Positions 53,582 through 62,124 of a DNA stretch of 64,000 nt are shown in pieces (the first letter of the stretch is position 1; every line of letters starts with the position of its first letter). This DNA is from a virus, in the IMG/VR virus record IMGVR_UViG_3300022538_000472, positions 35,139-99,138 of that record; one strand, given 5' to 3'. The position numbers and the translations under genes were made by a program. A model generated the notes under the pieces. That model was given only the letters and a program-made list of their open reading frames with translations, did not search any database and was not told the DNA's origin.

Positions 53582-53896
53582 TCAAATCCGAGGGTCATTG
53601 TCATGGAGCCACTTAAAGTAAGGCTCAATCCCAAGACGATTGCACAATGCCAGAAGATAAGTAATGCAATCGCCTACTTCATGAGCAACGATGCGCCGCC
53701 CAGGGTCACGGGCATCTGCCCAGATCAAAGGCATCTTCTTAGCCGACGGCTTGAAATCTTCACACTCCGTCAAAAGAATCGCCTGAGCCAATTCGCCCAT
53801 TTCCTCCATTGCGCCAAGGAGGAGAGTCTGCACCTTTGCATCATAGCCGCGTTCGGCATACAAGTGTTTCACTTGGGATTGAAGTTCTCGTATCAT
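53582..53896 (-). CDS. MazG-like nucleotide pyrophosphohydrolase
   Basis: EEMGELAQAI...HEVGDCITYLLALCNRLGI. Confidence 0.85.
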   Translation of the reverse strand: MIRELQSQVKHLYAERGYDAKVQTLLLGAMEEMGELAQAILLTECEDFKPSAKKMPLIWADARDPGRRIVAHEVGDCITYLLALCNRLGIEPYFKWLHDNDPRI

Positions 53897-53914
53897 TACA
53901 GAATCCTTACATTA

Positions 53915-54511
53915 TCAAAGCAGCGGTCCATCATCGTCTGACTGCTGCAGGAAGCCAATATCTCTGAGATAGCGCAGACTAGAAGTCCTGCTCGGCAGCC
54001 AGAGCCGCCACCGCTTACGTCTCTGTCTCAATGGTTCGCGCTTGATGTGTGCTGTGGCGGCAGAGAACTTACCGCCAGTGATAGAACCCGCGAGAGCCAG
54101 GGTCATCACTACGACGGCATTGGAATCAAAGACTTCCGATTTGAGCGATTCGTAGTAGATGTGTTCAGCGTGAGCCAGACGGTCGCGGAGTGTCACCGTG
54201 ATGATGCGCGGGACGAGTTTCTTGCGAATGACCTTGCGGCGATTCCCGGCTTTAGTGTAGAAATAGCCGCCAGGCTTGATCCACAGCCAGCGCAGGTCAT
54301 ATTGACGCTCTAGTAGCAAGCAGAGTGCTGTCCATGCCGTGGGGCTGAGAATGGACTGCATGAAGGCTTCCCAAGCCCCGCGTAGTCCCTCGCCACTGCG
54401 TCTCCATGCCTCTGCGCCGGGGTGGAGGCGCTTGACCTCAGCATAGCCAGACCAGGCTTGTCTGAATAGCCAGGGACCGGGAGTGCGGAGGCGGCGTAAG
54501 CATTCCTTCAT
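53915..54511 (-). CDS. Hypothetical basic protein
   Basis: 198-aa ORF coupled in the leftward array. Confidence 0.5.
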   Translation of the reverse strand: MKECLRRLRTPGPWLFRQAWSGYAEVKRLHPGAEAWRRSGEGLRGAWEAFMQSILSPTAWTALCLLLERQYDLRWLWIKPGGYFYTKAGNRRKVIRKKLVPRIITVTLRDRLAHAEHIYYESLKSEVFDSNAVVVMTLALAGSITGGKFSAATAHIKREPLRQRRKRWRLWLPSRTSSLRYLRDIGFLQQSDDDGPLL

Positions 54512-54529
54512 TGCTCACCCATTAGAGAA

Positions 54530-54913
54530 TTACTCACCCAATATATCCACAGGAACCCAGACGCCATCAATCGGGATTGCTTGCTTTTCTAGCATTCGTT
54601 CTTTGAAGCTCTCCAGCATCTCGTCGTTCAATGATAATGACAACAATGGCGGCATTCTCCTCTTTCTGGCAAAGAATCGCCTCAGCCAAAACCAAATATC
54701 CTTATCACGAGTCTTCACAACAGGGCCTTCCAGGTAAAATCGGGGCCAGTAATCGATCAGTCTCTCAAAGTCAGAACGTGATAGAACCAAATCGGGTTCC
54801 AAGCTCTGTCGGCGTGCATATCTAACAGCGAACATCAGCGACTCCCCCAGTCTTGGAGAGAGAACATCGACATCAGTGATTACGATCTGCCGAGCAACCT
54901 CAACCAATTTCAT
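54530..54913 (-). CDS. Hypothetical protein, paralog of 30809-31180
   Basis: Shared motifs as listed for the paralog. Confidence 0.7.
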   Translation of the reverse strand: MKLVEVARQIVITDVDVLSPRLGESLMFAVRYARRQSLEPDLVLSRSDFERLIDYWPRFYLEGPVVKTRDKDIWFWLRRFFARKRRMPPLLSLSLNDEMLESFKERMLEKQAIPIDGVWVPVDILGE

Positions 54914-55251
54914 CCGTGTGTCAACTCCTCGATCAACTTCCGCATTCGTTTCAGCGTCGCGCGAAGGTGAAACTGTGCTTCTTCTGGCTCGACGCCAGTC
55001 AGGATGAGCAGTAGTCGTTCAAATGCTCGGAACATCCGACACAACCACGTCACCGTATAGAACCCAAGCACCATCAGCACCGCCGACATCGCGGCCACGA
55101 TCCAGGTGGGATCAGTGTAATGACCTGGCACATCGGGAACTCTGGCCATGAGCAGCACGGCAATGCAAGCAGTGGCGCTGAGGATGAGCATCATGATGAT
55201 GTCAGAAGCCATCATTCTTTCCTTTTGCGTACCGCAACTAGCCCAACTCAA
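54910..55251 (-). CDS. Two-TM membrane protein
   Basis: Two hydrophobic helices; likely start near MMASD. Confidence 0.5.
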   Translation of the reverse strand: MSWASCGTQKERMMASDIIMMLILSATACIAVLLMARVPDVPGHYTDPTWIVAAMSAVLMVLGFYTVTWLCRMFRAFERLLLILTGVEPEEAQFHLRATLKRMRKLIEELTHG

Positions 55252-55262
55252 CGATACTATTA

Positions 55263-55646
55263 TTAGGCAACGATCAGGCTTACCTCAATTTCTTCTCTGT
55301 GCATTGCCTCAATTAAAAGTCGCACAAATGCCCTGCGGACATGATACTTAATGGGGCCAGCAGTTGATGCTAATTGCATAATTTGACGATCGCCTTCACC
55401 TCGGTTGATTATTGAGATAGGATGTCCATAGGTCTCAAAGGACTCTGCATAATTATCGGCATAGGTATCCAAACTGCAACACCCTTTTGAGCAAGCTTCT
55501 GGCGCGCCAAGTCTGCGGGCCTCGGCAATTATAACTCGCGGCTGGTCGCAGATTTCACGCACCTTCTGTTTAAGGATTTCCCACATATCATCGTAGTCAA
55601 TGCACGCTACGCCGTTGTATCCCAATGTGATATGATAACCTGTCAT
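55263..55646 (-). CDS. Hypothetical protein
   Basis: GGAGG RBS, 127 aa. Confidence 0.55.
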   Translation of the reverse strand: MTGYHITLGYNGVACIDYDDMWEILKQKVREICDQPRVIIAEARRLGAPEACSKGCCSLDTYADNYAESFETYGHPISIINRGEGDRQIMQLASTAGPIKYHVRRAFVRLLIEAMHREEIEVSLIVA

Positions 55647-55680
55647 TCTAAACCGCCTCCATCTGTGTGCCAGGATAGCC

Positions 55681-55986
55681 TTAACTCATATAGATTCTCA
55701 GCGCCTCAGTCCCTGGCGGCAAGTCGGCAATCTTAATAATCATGCCACCACTATGTCTGGCATCGCCCGCACCCCCAACACTGATAGCTATCATCTCAGT
55801 GTCGGGTGATATAGTAATTTTCTCATCCGGGAAAAAGTTGTTGTTACCCAAGGCTCCCTGTAGATGTTTGACTACTGCCGCTGGCGGCTTGATTCCCTTG
55901 GAAACAAGACTGTTGTAAATAGCCACGTATTCCATGTCGGCCTCACTGATTCTACGATGTGCCTCCACGCAAATACTGACCGACAT
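55681..55986 (-). CDS. Hypothetical protein
   Basis: AAGGAG RBS, 101 aa. Confidence 0.55.
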   Translation of the reverse strand: MSVSICVEAHRRISEADMEYVAIYNSLVSKGIKPPAAVVKHLQGALGNNNFFPDEKITISPDTEMIAISVGGAGDARHSGGMIIKIADLPPGTEALRIYMS

Positions 55987-56226
55987 TTAGTTCTCCTTCA
56001 CAGACTTCGCTTCCCGCAACTCGATCTGCAATAGCGCCTCGTCAATCCAGGTGAGATGCTTGCGCACATCACGTTGAATTGCCCGTATCCCTACCATGCT
56101 GTGTTCCTGATAACACCTATGCGAGACCATATTCGCGACACCATCAAGCCACGTCTCAGCCTCTTGCCAGAATTCCTCGGTAGTTATTTTTTTCACATTG
56201 GCAGCAGTCATTTGCACACCTCCCAT
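55987..56226 (-). CDS. Hypothetical protein
   Basis: Coupled ORF; likely start at MTAAN. Confidence 0.5.
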   Translation of the reverse strand: MGGVQMTAANVKKITTEEFWQEAETWLDGVANMVSHRCYQEHSMVGIRAIQRDVRKHLTWIDEALLQIELREAKSVKEN

Positions 56227-56657
56227 CTCTCACGCGGCACACGCTTGACCCAGTATTCTGAGCCAGGCTTCTCGTAGTAACCCGTCGTTATCTCATCGCC
56301 GATCTGTAGTATAGCGCCAACAATGCCGGTCACTGGGTCTACGCAAAAGTACGCGAACTCCTGCTCAGACCCACCGCAGAACTTGGCAACCTCAGCGCAT
56401 TTGCCTTGCAGGAGATTTGCGTATATTTGCTCAGTGTCTCCGTGATGCTTGGCGGCATGTGCACTGATAATCAGATTGTTCGGCACAGGTACCTGGTCAG
56501 GTCGCAGCCAGTCTATTGCAGCGGCCTGGTGAACTGTAGCACCGGTGGCTGGCAAAGTGATACTGGCGCTGCTGAGCATAGTGAGAGCAAAAGCACTTAT
56601 GATCAACGTCATAACGAACAACAGTACCATAGTCCCTAATGAACTTGTCCTCGTCAT
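56208..56657 (-). CDS. Secreted/membrane-anchored protein with possible small nuclease-like C-terminal domain
   Basis: N-terminal TM (MTRTSSLG...), then HAAKHHG...ITTGYY. Confidence 0.55.
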   Translation of the reverse strand: MTRTSSLGTMVLLFVMTLIISAFALTMLSSASITLPATGATVHQAAAIDWLRPDQVPVPNNLIISAHAAKHHGDTEQIYANLLQGKCAEVAKFCGGSEQEFAYFCVDPVTGIVGAILQIGDEITTGYYEKPGSEYWVKRVPRERWEVCK

Positions 56658-56658
56658 T

Positions 56659-57048
56659 CTATTTACCTCCTATATGGATATCGGGATAATGTTCCTCGAA
56701 CCAATCCTTCAATTCCGTGATTTTTTCCCCGTCGCTTAACTTGAACGCCTCAACGTACTCCCTCAATCTTTTGTGGTATTCCGTGGCAGGATCATATACA
56801 TCTATTTGCTGCTGTGCGACTGAATCACCTTCGTATTCTCTCCGTAACTCGTCATATCTGGCAGTAGGTATGCCTATCCTATTTAACTCGCCATGATGCT
56901 CTGGCTTTAAGCCAAACACAACAGTTGGCACTGGATATGGCAGTTCCAAATCTTGGACTTGACCAAGCATCACCAGCGCGATGACGCCAAACAAAATGAG
57001 CATCCCGAATAACATAATGGGCAATCCTAAATTGCTGGTTCTAGTCAT
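56659..57048 (-). CDS. Membrane-anchored protein sharing the MTRTSxLG leader
   Basis: AGGAGG RBS before ATG 57048; N-terminal TM. Confidence 0.6.
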   Translation of the reverse strand: MTRTSNLGLPIMLFGMLILFGVIALVMLGQVQDLELPYPVPTVVFGLKPEHHGELNRIGIPTARYDELRREYEGDSVAQQQIDVYDPATEYHKRLREYVEAFKLSDGEKITELKDWFEEHYPDIHIGGK

Positions 57049-57296
57049 TATGCCGTACCTCCTGTACCTAACCATTCAAACAATCCTTTGCCACAACACG
57101 CGAGAAGAATCAGTGAGGCGTGTTCCTGTGGAGTGACTCCCGCCTGCCATTGATCACCGAGCACCTTTGCTAGATGCGCAATGTGGAAGATGCGTATCTG
57201 GTCGCCCTCGATTGCCAGATATTCACTGTGATTCTGGCAGAAGATCGTTGGACCGCCAGTCTGCTCAGGACTCAAAAACTTTTTGTTTGTATTCAT
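57048..57296 (-). CDS. Hypothetical protein
   Basis: AAGGAG RBS before ATG 57296 (MNTNKK). Confidence 0.5.
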   Translation of the reverse strand: MNTNKKFLSPEQTGGPTIFCQNHSEYLAIEGDQIRIFHIAHLAKVLGDQWQAGVTPQEHASLILLACCGKGLFEWLGTGGTA

Positions 57297-57643
57297 CCTC
57301 ACTCCTTTATATCCATTTCCCACCCTCCGCCAGGATGAGAACGGACGTCGGTCACTCTGCCACGAAACCATAGAGCGACTACTACCAGTGCCGCCACGAC
57401 GGTTGGTGCAATCACGATGATCGTGAAGGTATCCATTATGCTCCTCTCTTGAATTCTGCATCGTCTGGATGCATTGGTGGCGGCTCGCGTCCCTCTCGCT
57501 CTTGCCTAGCAGCCTTGAAGTTGGCTATCATCACGGTCGCTAGCAGCGTCAAGCCAAAGGCGACGACGACAGCCACGATGATGAATCCAGCTGATGTAAC
57601 TATGTGTGTCATTTTACTGACCTCCTAAAACTTAGACTTAGTG

Positions 57644-57716
57644 TCGGGGCCAAGCGGAAACCCCGCTTTCGCGAGTAAAGGAGAACGGGTATGCAAGACC
57701 CGCCGCCTGGCCCCGA
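57644..57716 (-). ncRNA. Candidate three-way-junction RNA element
   Basis: 14-bp stem TCGGGGCCAGGCGG/CCGCTTGGCCCCGA enclosing CGGGT-CTTGCAT-ACCCG and CTCGC-GAAA-GCGGG. Intergenic. Confidence 0.5.
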
Positions 57717-57724
57717 ACCACATC

Positions 57725-58045
57725 TCAGAGAACTATTTTCCCCTTCCGCGTTTCACCACAGAACCGACAAATGCTATGTGGCACTCCCCAAGCATCTGTT
57801 CGCCATGCTTTCCATTGGTGCGGGCATTCATCCAGAACAACTAATTCTGTAATCCTGCTACACTCTGGGCAGTGGCTTTCCACAATGTCCTCCAATGGAA
57901 TACTTATTCCCTCCGGTAGTGAGGCATCGTCACTTACTCGTAGTTTGCCACGCCGGGGTTCCAAAGTAGCGCCGATATATAGCCTCACAGTTGCATCAAG
58001 AGAATAGGTATTGCAGTGTGGACAGCAGAATAGTGTAATAGACAT
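57725..58045 (-). CDS. Zn-ribbon hypothetical protein
   Basis: CPHC, CPEC and CRFC motifs. Confidence 0.6.
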   Translation of the reverse strand: MSITLFCCPHCNTYSLDATVRLYIGATLEPRRGKLRVSDDASLPEGISIPLEDIVESHCPECSRITELVVLDECPHQWKAWRTDAWGVPHSICRFCGETRKGKIVL

Positions 58046-58048
58046 CCT

Positions 58049-58429
58049 CTAGTCCTCCAAAAGTGCCAAATATCTCTGTGCTATGTCCTCACGCTCGGCC
58101 TCGTCCTGCGGATACCGCGACAGAATTGCCACCGGCTCAGCAGCCCGCAGCCAGACAGTGCGAAATTGGCCGTCAGCGAGAGATGCGAGGACTTCTGTTT
58201 TGAGTCCACCATACTGCTGGACATTTTGCATCGTGCGACAGTCCTCGGCGGCGAGTTCGGCGATCCTGATGGACCACGGCCAGGGGAGTAACAGTGCCGC
58301 TGACTTGCGTGCTGACGTGAGAACGGCAAGACAGCCGCGCGCCATTTCCAAGATGACCGCCGTGTCTACGCCGCCTATGGCGGAGAGATTGATGCTTTTC
58401 AATTTGCTCGTTTCCATCTGTTCCCCCAT
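58049..58429 (-). CDS. Hypothetical protein, first gene after the leftward promoter
   Basis: 126 aa directly under the 58438-58466 promoter. Confidence 0.6.
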   Translation of the reverse strand: MGEQMETSKLKSINLSAIGGVDTAVILEMARGCLAVLTSARKSAALLLPWPWSIRIAELAAEDCRTMQNVQQYGGLKTEVLASLADGQFRTVWLRAAEPVAILSRYPQDEAEREDIAQRYLALLED

Positions 58430-58437
58430 TTGTACCG

Positions 58438-58466
58438 ATTATAGCACACTTTAGCAGATGTGTCAA
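58438..58466 (-). promoter_or_regulatory. Leftward consensus sigma70 promoter
   Basis: TTGACA-17 nt (TGC)-TATAAT. Confidence 0.9.
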
Positions 58467-58527
58467 CGAGAGGCAATTCTTGAAAATCAAACAAGTCAAT
58501 AGATTCTCACCACTTTTCATCCCCAAG

Positions 58528-58582
58528 AACCTTGCAAAAGTGCGCAAAAACCCTGCAAAATCACGTCGGAAACCTTGCAGAA
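58528..58582. repeat. Three phased direct repeats AACC(T/C)TGCA(A/G)AA
   Basis: Copies start at 58528, 58549 and 58571 (21-22 bp period), between divergent promoters. Confidence 0.6.
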
Positions 58583-58614
58583 ACAACCATCCGTGACCAA
58601 TTTGCCCAAAAGAC

Positions 58615-58643
58615 TTGACTTCCGGTAAGTTATATGATATTAT
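58615..58643 (+). promoter_or_regulatory. Rightward sigma70 promoter
   Basis: TTGACT-17 nt (TGA)-TATTAT. Confidence 0.75.
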
Positions 58644-58846
58644 TATAGCGTAGTAAACGAAGGAAACGAACCAAAGGAACATTAACAACCGAAACCCCGG
58701 AAGGCGAACAGGAAGGCACAATCGGAAGGCCAAATAAAGACCGGCCACCGAGGCGGTAAGTCGCAGAGACTGAATAGTAACTGGTAAACTGAAAGGGGAG
58801 ACGGCGAAATAGCCCAGGCGCTGGAGGAGGCGGGTGGGCAGGGAAC

Positions 58847-58875
58847 TTGCTTTATTTCCAATCATGCAGTATAAT
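58847..58875 (+). promoter_or_regulatory. Rightward sigma70 promoter
   Basis: TTGCTT-17 nt-TATAAT. Predicted TSS ~58882. Confidence 0.7.
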
Positions 58876-58881
58876 AAGACC

Positions 58882-58979
58882 GTCTAGCCAAACGCTCAAT
58901 AGGGCGTTTTCAATTGCATACTTGGAGGTAAAGCTCCCCTCTTGTGTAGGCTTAGCGCCCTACGTTTGGCTAGACACCA
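58882..58979 (+). ncRNA. Candidate rod-shaped sRNA ending in ACCA
   Basis: 13-bp perfect terminal stem GTCTAGCCAAACG/CGTTTGGCTAGAC starting at the predicted TSS. Inner GGGCG/CGCCC and GGAG/CTCC pairs, followed by ACCA. Confidence 0.55.
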
Positions 58980-59160
58980 ACGTACACAAGCGGGGAGTTT
59001 TGCGTAAAAAGCGAGGTTTTCAATGGCACTAAAACAATGACAAGCCCGCATAGGAACCGAACGAAACTCGATTGAGCAGCAGGGAAACGAAATAGGAACT
59101 GGCAATGGTTGGGTCGGTTAAATCTGAATGAGCAAGAGAGAAACCCTAAGGAGGAGTGAA

Positions 59161-59286
59161 ATGTTAAAGTGTAAACTTTGTGGTGAATGGGCAGTTCGCA
59201 CCCTCAAACGGGTGTGGTGTAAGGTGACCAAACGGTACGTTACCGTTGTCGTGTACAGGTGCGTCAAGTGTGGTGAGGAGGCGTGA
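59161..59286 (+). CDS. Tiny Zn-ribbon protein
   Basis: AGGAGGAG RBS; MLKCKLCG...YRCVKCGEEA (manual translation). Confidence 0.55.
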   Translation: MLKCKLCGEWAVRTLKRVWCKVTKRYVTVVVYRCVKCGEEA

Positions 59287-59287
59287 A

Positions 59288-59545
59288 ATGACATGTCCTT
59301 GCTGTGGCGGAAAGATGGTACAAGAAACAAGGAGTAATAAAATGTCAAAAGGTACAGTAGTCATCAAGGAAACAATGGAAGCAGGATTGACGAAGTTCAA
59401 GGCTACCTGGCCTAGCGGCAAGGTTTTTGAAAAGTACGTTGATATGGGCGATGACGTGAATGAGCGAAGGCGTCAAGAGGACTTCGCCGAAAGCAGGGGT
59501 TACACCGTCGAGTGGGACGAGGAAGGCTTGGTCTTTGGAGACTAA
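59288..59545 (+). CDS. Hypothetical protein
   Basis: GAGGAGG RBS and a CPCCG start; alternative start near 59342. Confidence 0.5.
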   Translation: MTCPCCGGKMVQETRSNKMSKGTVVIKETMEAGLTKFKATWPSGKVFEKYVDMGDDVNERRRQEDFAESRGYTVEWDEEGLVFGD

Positions 59546-59769
59546 TATCTCCCAGGGGGCGCGACCTGGACAAAAACGCGTCGGCAGCAAGATGATTAGC
59601 AAGGGGGCTGGTAAAATCCAGCACGCAGGCAAATGTGAGCGCCTGCGGGGAACTTGCGCCGGAGCCGTGAGGCAAACGGGGAACGCCACCGCGAGTACTC
59701 GTGGCGGGCTGAGGAGGCCGGGAAGGGGGAACCGGCATTGCTAATCATCGGAACGAAAACGCGCAGGCA

Positions 59770-60054
59770 GCGGCTCTTTGACAGATAGATGACAGATTGG
59801 TGAGGTCCAACCGGTAGACGTTCTGGCCAAACTCATCCCGCTTTAGGCCAAGCCACGGGAGGCCTGGGATTGGCGCATACCGCCTAGACAGGGCCTGGTT
59901 GCGGCAGATTACGAAGTCGCAATTTGAGCACCGCAGGAATGGACGCGCTGAAACCCAAGCCGGAATGAACGTGAAGCCTGGGAGTAACGCCCCAGCGTAT
60001 GGGTAGGAAGTGGTAGCGGAAGGCAACGCAGTCATCTATCTGTCAAAGAGTCGC
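59770..60054. repeat. 24-bp inverted repeat flanked by 14-bp direct repeats (MITE-like or structured RNA)
   Basis: GCGGCTCTTTGACAGATAGATGAC(59770-93) and GTCATCTATCTGTCAAAGAGTCGC(60031-54). CGCGCAGGCAGCGG occurs at 59760 and 60052. Confidence 0.7.
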
Positions 60055-60251
60055 GCAGGCAGCGGGCTTCGGCCCCTGCTGGCCGCTGGCCCAACTGGCT
60101 CACGCTTATCTTGGCGTCCATCGGTTGTCCGGGACGCACGGACGTGCCGGAGTAATGCTCGGCGAATAACACCGACCGGGTCGCCGCCGACTGGTGGCCG
60201 GTGGATGGCAAGATGCGCATGAGCATCTACTTACTCAAAAAGGAGAAAAAG

Positions 60252-60437
60252 ATGTTATTCGTTCAATGTGATATAGTACATCCTGAAAGCGGCGAGGTCA
60301 TTGCCGAGCCAGGCAAAGCGCTCAATGTATCATCTCCGCGAGCGCAGCATGTGCTGGCTGTGTGTGAGGAATACAGTCAATTCTATTCTATTTGTCAGGA
60401 CGATGATAGCGACATGATTATCATAAAGCCAGTTTGA
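60252..60437 (+). CDS. Small early-type ORF
   Basis: AAGGAG RBS before ATG 60252. Confidence 0.55.
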   Translation: MLFVQCDIVHPESGEVIAEPGKALNVSSPRAQHVLAVCEEYSQFYSICQDDDSDMIIIKPV

Positions 60438-60485
60438 TCAGCACGGCCCATGCGACCGCGCCAGCGCAGAATAAGGAGAAGAGTA

Positions 60486-60782
60486 ATGAGATACAAATTT
60501 GAAGGGAAACATAAGAGCGCCATCCACGTTATAGATAGCGTCGCAGAGAACGTGGAGCGCGTAAACAAGGGCGTGGAAGCTTTCGGGATAAAATTCCCGG
60601 CCTGCCACTGCAACGATATGGCAGATCTAATCATTATAGTACCAGATGACTGGGCTTACCAATACCTCGTCGTGCCATCGTGGTTCAAATGCACTTCGCA
60701 TCCGCACTTACGTGTGGAAAGGATGCGGGGCAAGGACCACCGTATCTACAAAAAAGTATTTATCAATCAGGTAGAGAAATAG
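60486..60782 (+). CDS. Small early-type ORF
   Basis: AAGGAG RBS before ATG 60486. Confidence 0.55.
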   Translation: MRYKFEGKHKSAIHVIDSVAENVERVNKGVEAFGIKFPACHCNDMADLIIIVPDDWAYQYLVVPSWFKCTSHPHLRVERMRGKDHRIYKKVFINQVEK

Positions 60783-60844
60783 CCCGGTATCCTTCCCGGC
60801 AATCAGGAGTGGCCGACGGTAAACTAAGTCAAAAGGAGCAAGCA

Positions 60845-61078
60845 ATGTCTTGGATTAATAAGTTCGTAGGAGAGAAGGAATTAGATACTGACCACGTCTT
60901 TGAGGTTGAGGGCGCAAGCGGCTTCAACCTCATCCCGCTAGCGGTCGTGGTTGAATACATCACGATCGCCACCAAGCAAGAGCAGGCAGCAATCAAGAAA
61001 ATGCTAATCAAGATTGACTTCGTCAACGGTGACGTGATGCACTTTTTCAATCATCTGGCGAAGGCAATAGCAATCTAG
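60845..61078 (+). CDS. Small early-type ORF
   Basis: AAGGAG RBS before ATG 60845. Confidence 0.6.
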   Translation: MSWINKFVGEKELDTDHVFEVEGASGFNLIPLAVVVEYITIATKQEQAAIKKMLIKIDFVNGDVMHFFNHLAKAIAI

Positions 61079-61136
61079 CATCTCAGCCACTGCGCCCCCG
61101 TGCGACCGCGTTGGCGCAGAAACAGAGGAGGAGAAG

Positions 61137-61337
61137 ATGAACAAGAAGCCAACCAAGTGGCAGCGAGACGCGGAGAATGTCGAAACCTCCAGAGTGCAAT
61201 TCTGGCGGGACGGCGTCATGATAACTGCGCAGATGACACAGGCACGGGCGCAGGCGATGATCAGGAATAAAACAGCATACGTCATCTCAGCGCAGGCTGT
61301 CGGTGTTCTTAGCACTGACGGGACGCGGAGGGGGTAA
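61137..61337 (+). CDS. Small early-type ORF
   Basis: GAGGAGG RBS. Confidence 0.55.
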   Translation: MNKKPTKWQRDAENVETSRVQFWRDGVMITAQMTQARAQAMIRNKTAYVISAQAVGVLSTDGTRRG

Positions 61338-61346
61338 AGGAGAAGA

Positions 61347-61784
61347 ATGGTATACAAAGACACAACCGAAAGTGCAAAGGCTGTTCGCAGGGTGCTCAAA
61401 GCAGAGTATCCCAATACCAAGTTCTCAGTCCGCGTCAAGCGGTTCAGCATGGGCTCATCTGTCAATATCATCTGGATAGACGGCCCTACAGAGACGGAAG
61501 TAGCCGACAAAACAGCACACTTGAAGGGCGGCGAATACCTGAACGAGTATATTGGAACTCGCCGCACTATCACCCGCGCCGTAATGGTAGCAGCGGCGGA
61601 AGCCTTCACCAGGCATTACGGCGTGGGCGTGCTAGAGGTAAGAGGCGGCGAATTTGATCCATATCTCACCAGTACAGTGAGGGTGGGCAATGTGGCGATT
61701 TGCGACCGGGTACACCAGGCGGTGTGGGCCACCAGCGTTTACAACACGACGCCAGAAGAGGCATTCAGGAAAGTATTTCCATAG
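61347..61784 (+). CDS. LPD29-like (large polyvalent protein domain 29) protein
   Basis: AKAVRRVLKAEYPNTKFSVR....S.GSSVNI.W.DGP pattern. Confidence 0.7.
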   Translation: MVYKDTTESAKAVRRVLKAEYPNTKFSVRVKRFSMGSSVNIIWIDGPTETEVADKTAHLKGGEYLNEYIGTRRTITRAVMVAAAEAFTRHYGVGVLEVRGGEFDPYLTSTVRVGNVAICDRVHQAVWATSVYNTTPEEAFRKVFP

Positions 61785-61833
61785 AGTAGCAGCCCCCCTG
61801 CTGCTGCTAGCGCAGGAGATAGAGAAGGAGGCA

Positions 61834-62064
61834 ATGGACAACAAAACGAAACTGCTGGAGGCACTAATTTCCGAACACGAGCGATTTGGCGTGGGGAGCC
61901 GCTCATTGACGAGGCTGGCTAATGGAATCGGTATATCTGTTTCGAGGAAGGAACTGGAGCAATGGTTTGCATATGAGCGGCCATTGCGATACAAAGGCTT
62001 CGCTTTTACATATCAATTTCCGAGAGCAGGCATTTCGCCCACATTGGTGATAGTCAAAGAATAA
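61834..62064 (+). CDS. Small early-type ORF
   Basis: AAGGAGG RBS before ATG 61834. Confidence 0.55.
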   Translation: MDNKTKLLEALISEHERFGVGSRSLTRLANGIGISVSRKELEQWFAYERPLRYKGFAFTYQFPRAGISPTLVIVKE

Positions 62065-62124
62065 GCATCATCCGCCGTCTTGAGTTCGCAGGGCGGCGGC
62101 AAGAGAACGGAAAAGGAGAGAGCA

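Noticed and set aside
58173-58865. 230-aa minus-strand ORF across the control region
   Set aside because: It overlaps three promoters and another gene in a different frame; its Phe/Leu-rich composition reflects the A-rich plus strand.
25076-59036. Self-targets of TIGR spacers, e.g. revcomp(B5) near 25076, A7 near 28393 and 30730, revcomp(B1) near 59028
   Set aside because: Only single 9-mers match, without the adjacent partner half, which is expected by chance in 64 kb. No full 18-nt self-target was found by eye; the search was not exhaustive.
59745-60035. 96-aa minus-strand ORF
   Set aside because: It runs against the local rightward transcription, has no RBS, and coincides with the inverted-repeat element.
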